The notes beneath the pieces are model-generated. The model saw nothing but the letters and a program-made list of their open reading frames with translations. It was not told the DNA's origin and did not search any database. A DNA stretch of 64,000 nucleotides from the NCBI GenBank assembly GCA_963799775.1, contig CAWCYD010000003.1:1440001-1504000 (forward strand), given 5' to 3'. This document shows positions 1-10,665 of the stretch, piece after piece. The number at the start of each line of letters is the position of its first letter. The stretch's first letter is position 1. This DNA is from an uncultured archaeon (lineage in GTDB: Archaea > Thermoproteota > Nitrososphaeria > Nitrososphaerales > Gagatemarchaeaceae). The position numbers and the translations under genes are program-made.

Positions 1-475
1 ATATTTGGCGCCTGAGATACTCCCGAATAGAGTCGCTATCACAATAGCCTGACATCCAGCGAGCCAATCGCCGCTGCTCTCCCACTGGGGTCTAGATAAT
101 CGCCCTGAGCACAGAGACGGGATTTGCAAGAGCGCCGTTCCAAGTTGCGAATTGTGCAATATCGGCTATCGTGATCTCACCGACTAAGTATCCAACCGAC
201 CGCCGTGTCGTGCGGACTCTCCAGCATCCTTCGGTCAACGATGAAGAATGTGTCGCTGCACCCCTCGAATCCTCCCTTGGGGCGCTTATGGTTTCCTTTC
301 GCTTGCCGCCGCCACGCGTCGCCTCTGAGCTCACTACGTCTGACTGCTCGGGTTCCGTATTGAGGTTTGCACCACAAGTCATTATTAGCTTACGAGCCTC
401 CAAGTGAGGAAGCATACCTCATGGTGACTCGGAATCCATCGAGGCTGACTCACCAAAGAAGGTCGTAGAAAGGAA

Positions 476-970
476 ATGAGCGCCAGCGGGTCGGGCTTGA
501 TGCTTGGAGATGTCTTCGGGCTCATAGCAATCGCCCTGATCGGAGCCACGGCTGTCTTGATGCTCCTGAGGCGGGCGATCCTGAAGAGGTTCAAGAACCT
601 GGACATGTTGCGGAGGATCCACATCGCCGTCGCAGGATTGGCTGGCCTGTTTCTCGTACTCCATGTGGCATACTTCATAACGTATCCTCTCACCCTCGAG
701 ATCTCGCTTGGATATCTCTCCGCGGGTCTGGCCTTTGTCGTCTGGTTGACCGGGACGGCCTTCCTCGAGAGATTTCGTGACTCGCTCTACTTCCATGGGA
801 CGTTGTCCTTGAGTGCGATCTCACTGATGGTGATCCATTCATCTGCAGCGGGGCTCAACGTCCCCTTCGCCCTTGCCGAGGCGGTACTCGCAGGCACGAC
901 CGGGGTCGCGATCTTCAAGGCGTCACAATACGTCGGAAAGATGAAGGGCACGGGCGGGCTCAAGGGATGA
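476..970 (+). CDS. Di-haem cytochrome b-like / ferric-reductase-like transmembrane protein
   Basis: About 5 hydrophobic helices; two H-x13-H pairs (RIHIAVAGLAGLFLVLH, FHGTLSLSAISLMVIH); stop overlaps the start of the Rieske gene. Confidence 0.6.
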   Translation: MSASGSGLMLGDVFGLIAIALIGATAVLMLLRRAILKRFKNLDMLRRIHIAVAGLAGLFLVLHVAYFITYPLTLEISLGYLSAGLAFVVWLTGTAFLERFRDSLYFHGTLSLSAISLMVIHSSAAGLNVPFALAEAVLAGTTGVAIFKASQYVGKMKGTGGLKG

Positions 971-1956
971 GCCAGAAAGAGTCCTCCGCGGACTGGCTCG
1001 AGCAGGGCCTCCACGCGAGAATCCCTGTACTCTACCAGAAGGGGGCTGGCAAGGGATACAGGACCAAGACCGAGGCCCTAAGCGGGCTCCGCAGACTGCA
1101 GAGGTACGTCGGGTACATGATGCTCCTGTCCGCAGCAGTCGGCGTCTACCTTCTCGCGAGTGACCACTCCCTCTGGATCCTCGCGGTCTCGCACGCAGTG
1201 GGACTGGTAATCGTCGTGATCCTTGACGTCACTCTCGGTCTCTTGAACTACGCGGGGTCCAAGCGCGTCTACGTGGCGAGCCTTGCGGCCGCCCTGCTCG
1301 GGATCGTCCTCCAGCTGGGCGACATAGCCACGGCTCCGCAGTATGGGATGTCGATGTCGTATTTCGCGTCGTATCTCTTCGGCCTCGCGGCGTTTGACAT
1401 CCTCCTCGCGCTCCAAGCGCTGATCTTGGTGGTAGGGATAATGGGAAGGGCGAACGTCGAGTTCCTGGCACAACGGAGGAGGGTAGGCAGAGAGCTCAAC
1501 TATTCGCGAAGGTCCTTCCTGACTACCATAGTCGGCTTCGCCGCCCTCGTGGGGTTCGGGGTAGTCCTCGGGTCGGTCAAGATCCCTTCGACCTCCTCTT
1601 CACAGGCCGTCGGGGGCGTGCAAGCTGGACCCACGACGGCGATAACGAACACGAGCAACCTGCAGGTCAACTCGCCTGTCTACTTTGAGTATCCCTCCGG
1701 ATACCCGAACGTCCTCTTCAAGAAGAGCGACGGGACTTTGGTCGCGTACAGCATGCTTTGCACGCACGTCTGCTGCGAGGTCACGTACGAGGCCTCGTCG
1801 AACATCTTCTACTGCCCATGCCACGGCTCGGAGTTCGATTCCAACGGCCAGGTCATCGTGGGTCCGGCAGGGACGCCGCTCCCTTCGATCAGCCTGAACG
1901 TCGACAGCTCTGGGAACATCTTTCCCACCGGGACTGTTGGGTATACCCCTTGCTGA
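967..1956 (+). CDS. Rieske [2Fe-2S] protein with polytopic N-terminal membrane domain and internal twin-arginine motif
   Basis: CTHVCC and CPCHGS boxes; about 4 TM helices followed by SRRSFL plus a TM helix. Confidence 0.85.
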   Translation: MSQKESSADWLEQGLHARIPVLYQKGAGKGYRTKTEALSGLRRLQRYVGYMMLLSAAVGVYLLASDHSLWILAVSHAVGLVIVVILDVTLGLLNYAGSKRVYVASLAAALLGIVLQLGDIATAPQYGMSMSYFASYLFGLAAFDILLALQALILVVGIMGRANVEFLAQRRRVGRELNYSRRSFLTTIVGFAALVGFGVVLGSVKIPSTSSSQAVGGVQAGPTTAITNTSNLQVNSPVYFEYPSGYPNVLFKKSDGTLVAYSMLCTHVCCEVTYEASSNIFYCPCHGSEFDSNGQVIVGPAGTPLPSISLNVDSSGNIFPTGTVGYTPC

Positions 1957-2143
1957 CATCGATCCCAAAGGCAATCAAACAGTCCAGCAAGTTCATGCTG
2001 TTGTGGAGAGGTTTAACCGACAATTGGGGAGAGAGCTTTCGTCTTTGGGATCGCGTGCCGATGCCAGGAGCACCTTTCTCGCCAGTGGTCGAGTGACAAC
2101 CCTCCCTTCACACCTCAATCGAATCAATCCCCAATCGACTCGA

Positions 2144-2664
2144 TTGACCCCACTCAGCGCAAGATCCTGGAGTTCATCACCCTGCACCCAGGGGTCCATC
2201 TGCGGGAGATCTGTAGGTCGCTCGGCCTGGCGATGGGCGACGTCCAATACCACGTGCAGAGGCTTCAGAGGGATGGTAGGGTCACGGCGGCGCGCCGAGG
2301 ACTCTACAAGTTCTTCTATCCTGCAAACCTCTTCGGGCAACGGCAGCGAGATGTGCTCAGCATGATAAGCCTGGAAAGACCCCGCGAGATTCTTCTCAAC
2401 ATCATCGAGCACCCGGGGTGCACGCAGGAGACGCTTGCCCTGGCGACAGGTGTGTCGCAGCCGACTGTCTCATGGCACCTGAAGAGGCTGGTCGAGCTTG
2501 GAATAGTGGAGAGGAGGCAGGAGGGGAGAGTTGTGAGCTACACCGTTCCTGGAGGGCCTGAGATAGCGAGCTTCATTCGGACCTATCACCCGACGATCTG
2601 GGAGAGCTGGTCGAGCAGGCTCGCCGACATCTTCGTCGCCTACTCTGGTGAGGAGGCGAAGTGA
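2144..2664 (+). CDS. Double winged-HTH (ArsR-like) transcriptional regulator; start approximate, probable 1-nt deletion near 2150
   Basis: TQRKILEFITLHPGVHLREICRSLGLAMGDVQYH and a second HTH, HPGCTQETLALATGVSQPTVSWHLKRL. Confidence 0.8.
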
Positions 2665-2997
2665 ATGATGCTGGACGCGAGTTGGATGCATTCCCTGTTC
2701 TTCTCTCCTCTGGTAGACGTCGACGAAGGGTTTGAGACCGTTGAGGTGCTGGAGTTCGCCATCGCCGCGTTCGCGCTAGTCCTGTTGGCGCTCACGCTAT
2801 CCGCATACAGGAAGACTCACGTCAGAAGGCTCATCTTCGTGTCGGTCGCGTTTGGGCTCTTCGCTGTGGAGGTGGCGATAAGACAGGTGGACAGCTTCGT
2901 ATTCGAGGTTGGGTATCAGACGGACCAGATCTTGGTCGCGTTGATGGAGTTTGTCATCCTGTTACTGTTTTTCCTCGCGGTCGTCGTACGAGAATAG
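2665..2997 (+). CDS. Small 3-TM membrane protein, partner of the HTH regulator
   Basis: Three hydrophobic helices with an AYRKT..RRL loop; starts immediately after the HTH stop. Confidence 0.7.
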   Translation: MMLDASWMHSLFFSPLVDVDEGFETVEVLEFAIAAFALVLLALTLSAYRKTHVRRLIFVSVAFGLFAVEVAIRQVDSFVFEVGYQTDQILVALMEFVILLLFFLAVVVRE

Positions 2998-3081
2998 CAG
3001 GCATCCTGTTAGACAGTTGCACCAGACGCGTTATAAGGCGACCAGGGGTCGTCGAATCAGTCAGGAGGCAAGGTTGCGAGA

Positions 3082-3441
3082 ATGAAAAGCAAGCTTTCCT
3101 ATTACTCGGTGATGCTGCTCGTGGGTCTGGCTGTCGTCACAGTCCTCATCTTCGTCATTAACCCTTTCAACAGCCAGCCCGCAGGAGCGAACGCGGCGAC
3201 GCAGAATTCCACATCGGCGGGGTCGAGCAGTAGCGTGACGACAAGTCCCGGCGCATCAGCAACCTCGATTGGCCCTGGCTCGCTCATCCAAGGCGGGAGC
3301 GGATTGGGGAATGGTACGCAGCACTCGGGAGGTTCGTTCGACGGTGACCATCATCATGACGGTGGTCTCTACGGGTCGGGTGGCTCCGGTGGGGGGACCA
3401 TCACGACAACTACGAGTACCATCTACTCTCAAGACGAGTGA
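3082..3441 (+). CDS. Membrane-anchored Ser/Thr/Gly-rich protein with a DHHHD patch
   Basis: N-terminal hydrophobic anchor; TTATAA box and GGAGG upstream. Confidence 0.6.
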   Translation: MKSKLSYYSVMLLVGLAVVTVLIFVINPFNSQPAGANAATQNSTSAGSSSSVTTSPGASATSIGPGSLIQGGSGLGNGTQHSGGSFDGDHHHDGGLYGSGGSGGGTITTTTSTIYSQDE

Positions 3442-3496
3442 TGCCTGCGCCCGCGCTGGGAGCGACCGCAATCTGTTGGTTGGATGGTGCTGAATC

Positions 3497-4051
3497 GTGA
3501 ATAGGCGTGAGTTCATCAGGACATCAATCGCGACGACGGTCCTCGTCGCTGTCGGCGCCACTGGGGTCTTCGAGATAGCCAACAAAGCGCTGACGAACCA
3601 GAACGGAGGGCACCAAGCGCAACAGCTGCAATTGCCGCCCGCTGCCTCATCAAGCAACCAGTCGTCTTCGGCGGCGCAATCGTCGCCGTCTTCGTCACCC
3701 ACGCAATCGACGTCCCAATCGTCGCCAGTCGCTACGCCTGCTGGCTACATCCTTGTGGCGCCGCTGTCGAGCCTCAGCGGGAAGAGCTACGCCTACTTCA
3801 CGCACCCAACCCATGGAGAATCGATGCTCCTCAGCTTGAACGGGCAGTGGAAGGCCTTCAGCGCAACGTGCACGCACAGGCCGTGCACGGTCGAATACGC
3901 GAACTCCGAGATCTATTGCCCTTGCCACGGGGCGACATTCAGCGCGAGCGATGGGAGCGTGACGCGTGGGCCAGCGCAGGTCTCACTCGGGGAATATGGA
4001 GTCGTCGTCCAAGGCGGCGACGTCTTTGTCTCGGACTCTGTGATCAACTGA
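3497..4051 (+). CDS. Tat-exported Rieske [2Fe-2S] protein
   Basis: MNRREFI Tat signal; CTHRPC and CPCHGA boxes. Confidence 0.9.
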   Translation: MNRREFIRTSIATTVLVAVGATGVFEIANKALTNQNGGHQAQQLQLPPAASSSNQSSSAAQSSPSSSPTQSTSQSSPVATPAGYILVAPLSSLSGKSYAYFTHPTHGESMLLSLNGQWKAFSATCTHRPCTVEYANSEIYCPCHGATFSASDGSVTRGPAQVSLGEYGVVVQGGDVFVSDSVIN

Positions 4052-4153
4052 CGTCGGCGAGGTCTGAACGCTGAGTCAACCCTGGTCATTCCCAAGATTG
4101 AGAAACGTCGCGGACCGTTATATACGGCACGAGTCCACCGCTCGCCTAGATTC

Positions 4154-5116
4154 ATGCGAACCGGAAAGAGAGGAAGAACAGGCCTCACGACAGTTGAGGG
4201 TGGACTAATTGCGCTCGTGTTGATATTCGGGACGATGTCCCTAGCCTATCTGAGCGCGGTCAGAACAGACTCGGCAGAGTTGAACACTTTGCAGTCGGAG
4301 ATTGCTACTCAGACCACATCGCAGACCCAGACGAGCGGCGGCCAGACATCGGTCAACGCCACCAACCTTCCGGTGATGAATCAGCCGAACACAATAAGAC
4401 AGATCCGAGAGACTTGGTATCTATCTCCCGCTGCCGCACAGGACAGGTTCGACCCGGCCAGCATAGTCGTCAACCAAGGCGACACGATTGACCTGACTCT
4501 GATTGACAACGACACGGTAGCCCATGATTTCGTGATCGGCCCGCCTTACAACATCGTCATCAACGCGACTGTGCCAGGGTTGGTCAACGACATCACGCAC
4601 CAGAACTTCACCACGGCGGCGAAGAACAACTCTCCGGGCGTGGTCGTCAAGGGCACGCCGGGATCGGTCTCGGCGACCTATAGCTTTGTGGCGAAGTATG
4701 CAGGGATTTTCGAGTTCGTTTGCACCTACCATGCTGAGATTGGGATGATAGGGTACCTGACCGTTCTCCCTGACTCGGCTTACACAGGTAAGACGACCTC
4801 GCCTGGGCAGCCGGGCGGCTCGTCCCCCACCATCACACAGGTGAGCATCCTTTCAGGCTCAGGGGCGAATGCCTCCCTCCCGCAAACATACTCTCCGGCC
4901 CCTGTGACTGTGGTGATAGGCGTCAATAACACTGTGACTTGGACAAACGACGATAGCGCCCCGCACACGGTCACAGCCAACGACGGGAGTTTCGATTCTG
5001 GCAACATGGCCCCGACGGCCACATTCACCTACACGTTCACCACACCCGGAACATACACTTACCACTGCATCTACCATCCCTGGATGGTAGCCACCATCGT
5101 CGTGAAGTCTGGCTAG
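4154..5116 (+). CDS. Membrane-anchored tandem cupredoxin (two type-1 copper domains)
   Basis: AHDF...CTYHAEIGM and PHTVT...CIYHPWM ligand sets; N-terminal anchor. Confidence 0.85.
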   Translation: MRTGKRGRTGLTTVEGGLIALVLIFGTMSLAYLSAVRTDSAELNTLQSEIATQTTSQTQTSGGQTSVNATNLPVMNQPNTIRQIRETWYLSPAAAQDRFDPASIVVNQGDTIDLTLIDNDTVAHDFVIGPPYNIVINATVPGLVNDITHQNFTTAAKNNSPGVVVKGTPGSVSATYSFVAKYAGIFEFVCTYHAEIGMIGYLTVLPDSAYTGKTTSPGQPGGSSPTITQVSILSGSGANASLPQTYSPAPVTVVIGVNNTVTWTNDDSAPHTVTANDGSFDSGNMAPTATFTYTFTTPGTYTYHCIYHPWMVATIVVKSG

Positions 5117-5232
5117 TCCAGGCTGACGTCACCGCCGGCTCGACGCCCAGTGGGTTGGGTCGGCGGTGCAAAATCTCCTCATTCGGGCCGTTGGCAAAAG
5201 AATAACCTCGTGGGAGTAGGAGGAAGGAGACG

Positions 5233-6716
5233 ATGCGAGCGAAGTATCTGCTGGTGGGCGTCCTCGCCATCCTGCTCGCGGTGGGGGGTCTCTTGGTCTT
5301 TCTTCAGCCGTCGCAACCCTCAGGTTGCCCAGCGTTCCTCTCCAACAGCGTGCTTAGGACCCAGCTTACCCCCAAGAACTTCGGAGCCATCACCACCTTC
5401 TATCTCCCGGAGCCGCAGAGATGGCCTAACGCCGTCTCGGTGGCGCCGGACGGGTCGGTATGGTTTGGGGAGCAGGCCGTCCCCGCTCTGGCGCATTTCT
5501 ACGCGACTAATGGGACGCTCGTGGAATACACTCTCCCGGGCGCGTATCCCGTGAACTCAGCCCCGGGGTTCAGCTGCGCCGACAAGACGGACATCTGGGG
5601 AGTCGCTTCATGGGATGGGAGGGTCTGGGCCTCGGACTCTGCCCAGAACAGGCTCGTCGGCCTCAGCCCAGAGAACGCCACGTTCAGGGTCGTCTCGCTT
5701 GAAAAGAGCGATTCCGGTCCATACACGCTCACGCCGGGGCCGGGGAACACTCTCTGGTTCACGCAGATCGGGTCGGGCCAGATCGGGACTCTCTTCGGGA
5801 ACGGGACCGTCGCGGAGAACTCCGTGCACGTCCCGGAATATCTGAACGACACCCCGACCCCAGTGGAGGTGCAGGGAGTGCCGGCCCAGATAGCCTTCGC
5901 CAACAGCTCGGTGGGCTACTACGTCGACGCCTCCCCACTCATCAATGGCTCGCCCCTGTTCGAGTTCAATCCTCAGCACTTCTCCCCGCAACGAATCGGG
6001 GCCGCCAATCTGACCCTCTCCGACCCTGACAGCCTCTCGCTCGGGGACGGAGGGATATGGCTGGCGCAGCACGCGGATTCGAGCCTCGCCTTCTATGACA
6101 CGAGTGGTCACGCATGGGCTGTGTATCCGACGTCGACAGTCCCCTACATCGGGACGACGCTCCCGTATTTCGTCGAGACGAACGGGTCGTCGGTCTGGTT
6201 CAACGAGCATTATGGCAACAGGATCGCGGTGCTCGATCCTTCGACGCGGTCTCTGACGGAGTACAGCGTCTCCGACCCTCAAGCGAGCAACATGTCCCAG
6301 TTGGCCAACGTCCTGACTTTCGCGGCAGGCGGGGGAGGGCGTGGTTCACCGAGACGACTGGAAACGCAATCGGCTTTGTGGATGCTGCATACCAACCCTC
6401 GTTCGCCATATCCGAGAACGACTCGAGCCTCTCCCTCAAGCCCGGACAGAGCACCTCGCTCCAGGTCGAGCTCTCGGAGAACTCCTCAACCCCGCTCTCC
6501 ATCGGGCTCGCGTCTACAGGGCCTGGGGCCGCGAGGGCAGGGGGCATCACCCTCAATTCAAGTCAGAGGTCGTTGCCATCTTTCGGAGGCAGCAGCTTGG
6601 TGGTGACTGTCGATATCAGCGCCAACGCTTCGCCAGGGAGCTACACATTGATGGTGACTGCGGGCGACGGGTTGGTCTGGCGCTCGGTCTACGTCGATCT
6701 CACCGTGACTGTCTGA
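5233..6716 (+). CDS. Secreted Vgb (virginiamycin B lyase)-like beta-propeller with C-terminal Ig-like domain; frameshift near 6335
   Basis: Repeated PDGSVWFGE / GNTLWFTQ / GSSVWFNE / RAWFTE blades; reading continues in ORF 6114..6716. Confidence 0.75.
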
Positions 6717-6817
6717 ACCCTGCACCGGCCCGTCTCGTTGGTTCTCATGTCTGAGAATCGCCTAGGGGCTTAATACATCAGCGCGCTCGCGCTGACCATT
6801 CACCTAGGACTAGAAAA

Positions 6818-7051
6818 TTGATGGCGGAGACAACCAGAACCGAGTGGATTCAGCTGCCCGTCGATAATGTGTCCTACGACGTGAGGATCGATTGGTATGG
6901 CAAGTCGGGTTACGTGACCCCTCACCGCAGCGGGATCCCACTCGGCCTTCCGATGCCATGTAGGAGCGTGGAGCACGCGAAGTCACTCTCGAAGGAAAGG
7001 GTCCGCGACTTCCTCAGGACCGCCACGGATGTCTACTACAACCCCCGATGA
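6818..7051 (+). CDS. Small hypothetical protein
   Basis: Stand-alone ORF with plausible codon usage and TTAATA upstream. Confidence 0.45.
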   Translation: MMAETTRTEWIQLPVDNVSYDVRIDWYGKSGYVTPHRSGIPLGLPMPCRSVEHAKSLSKERVRDFLRTATDVYYNPR

Positions 7052-7095
7052 ATAGCCATTTGAAGCAGCGTGTTTCTCTGGCTCACGACGCTTGA

Positions 7096-7347
7096 ATGGC
7101 CGTCTGCGAGAACTGCAGGAAGAGAGAAGCCACCCTCGCATGCCTCCTCTGCCGAAGGAGCCTCTGCAACCAGTGCTTCGACGCGCACATCCTCCCGTTG
7201 ACCGATGACATGGACGAGGGGTTTGCGGGGGCCACTGAGGAAGAGGTTGTCAATGACCAGCCGGTGGTGTGCGAGGTCTGCGGGCAGAGGGTCGAGTCGA
7301 AGGACAAGGACGACCACCTCTTCGAGGCGCACGGAATCACGATCTAG
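7096..7347 (+). CDS. Small zinc-finger protein (B-box-like plus C2H2-like)
   Basis: CENC..CLLC..LCNQC..H and CEVC..H..H. Confidence 0.65.
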   Translation: MAVCENCRKREATLACLLCRRSLCNQCFDAHILPLTDDMDEGFAGATEEEVVNDQPVVCEVCGQRVESKDKDDHLFEAHGITI

Positions 7348-7450
7348 AGAGGCAGGGCCGCGCTGGGCTCAGAGCTTGACGGCTTCCATCACGAGGTTAG
7401 GGGCACTTCGAGGAACCCAGGGCGCTTTCAGTTGAATTGTCTGGCGCGTG

Positions 7451-7936
7451 TTACCTTCGGGCCGATTCCTTGTTCGTGAGCCTCCGGACTTCACCTCGCT
7501 CGTAGGGGAAGACGACCCAGCTCTCGACGACGCCGAGAGAGAAATCTGGGCGGACGGAGCTCCAGGGCTTCGTGAACAAGGCGGCTGTCTTGACTGATTC
7601 TGGGTCTTTCGTCACCAGGTACTCCGTGACGGTGCTCATCGTGTCGCCCTCGTCGACGATGTCATCGACGAGCAAGACCTTCTCGTCCTTGATGTCCTGT
7701 GTGACGGTGGTCAATATCTTGGGTCGCGTCCTCTTCCCGATCCCGTCGTAGGACTTCACGTTGATGAAGTCGACCCTGGCGCCGAGCCTGTCCGAGACGA
7801 CCATCGCGACAGGGAGCCCGCCCCTCGCAATCCCGATCACCAGGTCGAACTCGATGTGGCGCGCGGCCACCTTCTTGGCGAGCTTCTCGAGCAAGGCCCC
7901 GTACTCCGCCCACCCGAGGTAGCGAAGCTTGGGCAA
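7451..7936 (-). CDS. Purine (xanthine/hypoxanthine-guanine) phosphoribosyltransferase
   Basis: IARGG loop, VLLVDDIVDEGDT PRPP motif, WVVFPYE. Confidence 0.85.
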   Translation of the reverse strand: MPKLRYLGWAEYGALLEKLAKKVAARHIEFDLVIGIARGGLPVAMVVSDRLGARVDFINVKSYDGIGKRTRPKILTTVTQDIKDEKVLLVDDIVDEGDTMSTVTEYLVTKDPESVKTAALFTKPWSSVRPDFSLGVVESWVVFPYERGEVRRLTNKESARR

Positions 7937-8033
7937 CGGAAGTCCGCGAGTCAGGGTGGCGCTAAAAAGTCTTCAAGCGGACTCCGGCCGAATCGGTTCC
8001 CAATCGTTTAATATCCAAAACCGCCCGTCAACA

Positions 8034-8616
8034 CTCACGAAGAAGAAGGGCCGCCTGCTGATCTTCTGCGGCATCCCCGGTAGCGGCAAGACCACCATCG
8101 CTCGCCTCGTGGCCAAGAGACTGGGAGCGGCGGTCCACGTCCAGACCGACACGATAAGGTTCATGATAGCGGCGCCCGTATACAACTGGCCGGAGGCCCG
8201 GTTCGTCTACGAGTCAATGTTCTTGGTGGGTCGTGGGGGCCTGAAACGGGGATATGATGTCATACTGGACGGTGACCTTCCTCAAAGAGGACTACAGGAC
8301 GGAGGCGACGCACAAGCTCTCCCGCCACTACTCAGTGGCGGTCGTCGTCTGCGTCGTCTGCAAAGAGGACGTCGCCCGTGCCCGGAACGCGATGCGGAAC
8401 GCCGTCGTCCCAGAGGAGTCCTTCAAGAGGTTGAGCGCGTCATTCGAGATGCCCAAGAAGGGATTAGTCGTCCACTCCGATGAGATGTCCCAGGAGAGCG
8501 CCGCGGAGAACATCCTGGAGAGGCTGGAGAAGATCCGGGCCTGGAGGGCGAACGCCCCGGGGACTCCCATTGCGCAGGCCTCGACGACGCGATCGACGTG
8601 GCCGCGGAGTGCGTGA
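8034..8616 (+). CDS. P-loop nucleotide kinase (AAA_33-like); start approximate, frameshift near 8273
   Basis: GIPGSGKTT Walker A; VILDG(T)F; C-terminal half lies in ORF 8254..8616. Confidence 0.75.
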
Positions 8617-8723
8617 GGCGCCTCTCCACGAGGCGGAGACGAGGGCCTCGAGGGTGACGCTACGCCGCATGGCTTCGGCAGGAGCAGAGCGCCTAAATAA
8701 TCAGCATCGCTCGATTCGAACCG

Positions 8724-9362
8724 ATGCCCTACATCGCAGCCGTCGAAAGGCCCGCGCTAGACAAGAAGGTGGAAGCTCTCGCTGAAGAGCTCAGCAGCAC
8801 GCTGGCGCGCGGAGAGAACAAGGAGACGGAGGTCTCTGTCATCTACAAGCAGGCCTTCGTCGCCATCGGACGGGGACTGCTCCAGCTGGAGAGGGGCAAG
8901 TCGGTGAGGGCTCCAGGCCACTCGAAGAACCTGGTTATCGAGATATTCGGGAAGCCGGAGACCCAGGGCAGGGGCGCTTGGCTCGGCCGGCTCAACTACT
9001 CGGTGACGCGCCTGATCCAGGAGGTCTCCAAGAGCATGGTCGAGAAGGGGGTCTGGAAGGAAGAGTTTCGGTATTGGCTCTACGCCGTCACTGTCGGGGC
9101 GTTGACACGGGCGGCGATGGAGATCCACGACTCGGAGGGGGAGGGCTGGCCCATCGACGGGGTGGTCGGCGTTCTGATAGACGTCAAGGACGAGTACAAG
9201 CGGCGGGTCAACTCGGCGTATGAGACGGTCCAGATCAAAAAGGCCGGGGACTGCTACACCACCCCGTACAGGACCGAGCTCTCCGAGGTGAAGGACGGCG
9301 CGGGGAAGGTCGTGGGCTACACCGAAGTCATGAATGAACCTTCGAAGCAAGCGCTGACGTAG
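8724..9362 (+). CDS. Conserved hypothetical protein, DUF6899-like
   Basis: MPYI..R..LD start, GRLNYSVTRL, GVL..VKDEYKRRV...YE...K.GD.Y; family recognised from memory. Confidence 0.55.
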   Translation: MPYIAAVERPALDKKVEALAEELSSTLARGENKETEVSVIYKQAFVAIGRGLLQLERGKSVRAPGHSKNLVIEIFGKPETQGRGAWLGRLNYSVTRLIQEVSKSMVEKGVWKEEFRYWLYAVTVGALTRAAMEIHDSEGEGWPIDGVVGVLIDVKDEYKRRVNSAYETVQIKKAGDCYTTPYRTELSEVKDGAGKVVGYTEVMNEPSKQALT

Positions 9363-9368
9363 AGATTC

Positions 9369-10654
9369 TCAGCGAAGACGGGAGAGTCTTGAGACGACGA
9401 GCGGGATCATGAGCTCTCTCGGCGAGAGGCCCCCGTGATGGCCGCGCAGGTCGAACCTGTCTCCCCTGGCATACCTATACCACACGAGGTTGCTGTCCTT
9501 GGGAAGGACCATCAGGTTCCCGGTCCTCTCCATGAAGCGAGGGGTGGGCTTGTTCAAGCCGAAGACTCCCGCCTTCATGGCGTCGCTCGTCTGGAGCGTG
9601 ACCGCCTTGGGCCCGAGATGGCGCTCGAGATTGGACTCCACGCTTTCCAAGCTTCGCTCCTTGACGGAGAGGTAGACGTCGCGGGCGCTGCCCCATGGAG
9701 GGATCCTCCTTCCGGCCGGGCTGCGCTCTAGGGCCCTCATCAAAGGCCTCATCCCGTTGAGGTAGGTGGTCGACTCGGGGTCGACGGCAAGCTGTCCATG
9801 GTCGGCCGTGAGCAGGAGCAGGGTCTCGGAAGCGGCCCTCGGCGAGAGCCTTTCAACAAGCTCCGTCTGGAGGACATGGCTCAGGAGGGATATCTCGGAG
9901 ACCGACTCCTCGGAGCCAGGCCCGTAGACGTGGCCTATCGTGTCAACCCTCTCCCAGTACACGTGGAAGTATGTGCGCCGCTTCGCGGCCTCGATCCGTC
10001 TCCGAAGCGATGCCATCAGGTCGGACGAGGTGATGAAGGGGACGACCTCGCTCCCCGCAAGGGAGAGCTTGGAGTAGGCGGTTCTTGCGATCCCGGAGCT
10101 GACGAAGCTGACGCAGTCGACTCCGTTCTTGCGCAGGGCCCTCCGGATGCCCGTCCCTGTGAACAGCCTGCGGGGGTCGAGCTTCCCGACCAGTCTGTCC
10201 CTCCCCTTGTCACCGACCTCGGAGAAGGGCAATGTCGCGATGACCCGGTCGATCTCCTTCATGTAGACGAACCACTCTGGCAGCCCGTGCTCCTGCGGCG
10301 TGAGCCCCGTCGAGAGCGAGGTCAGCGCGGCCGCCGTGGTGGAAGGGAAGACGGATGTGATCGGGGCGAGGCTTCCTCGGTCCGCGGCGCGCTGGAAGAA
10401 GGCCATGTCGTCTAGCTGATCTTTGACGTCGTAGTAACCTAGGCCGTCCGCTATGAAGAGGACGATCTTCTCCGGTTCTCCTCGACGGCGAACTCCTTCC
10501 GCGGGATCGTCGGCCTCTTGGTCGGTACCCCGAACAGCGAGAGGATGGTGGAGGGGACGTTCGCGAGGTTGTAGTCCTCGTAGGATGGCCGCAGGAACTC
10601 GTCGAAGACCTTACGAGAGAGGAGCTTCTGTTCGACTTCTTGCCCTGGAGGCAA
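9369..10654 (-). CDS. Alkaline phosphatase superfamily / type I phosphodiesterase-nucleotide pyrophosphatase; frameshift near 10475
   Basis: ADGLG, SVFPSTT, DTIGH.YGP, TADHG and GHHGG motifs. Confidence 0.85.
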
Positions 10655-10665
10655 ACCTGCTCACT

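Noticed and set aside
1-420. Short ORFs at the window start
   Set aside because: No recognisable motif or coding bias in the frames I translated
5233-6716. Streptogramin resistance gene
   Set aside because: A secreted propeller with only fold-level similarity; Vgb catalytic residues not verified
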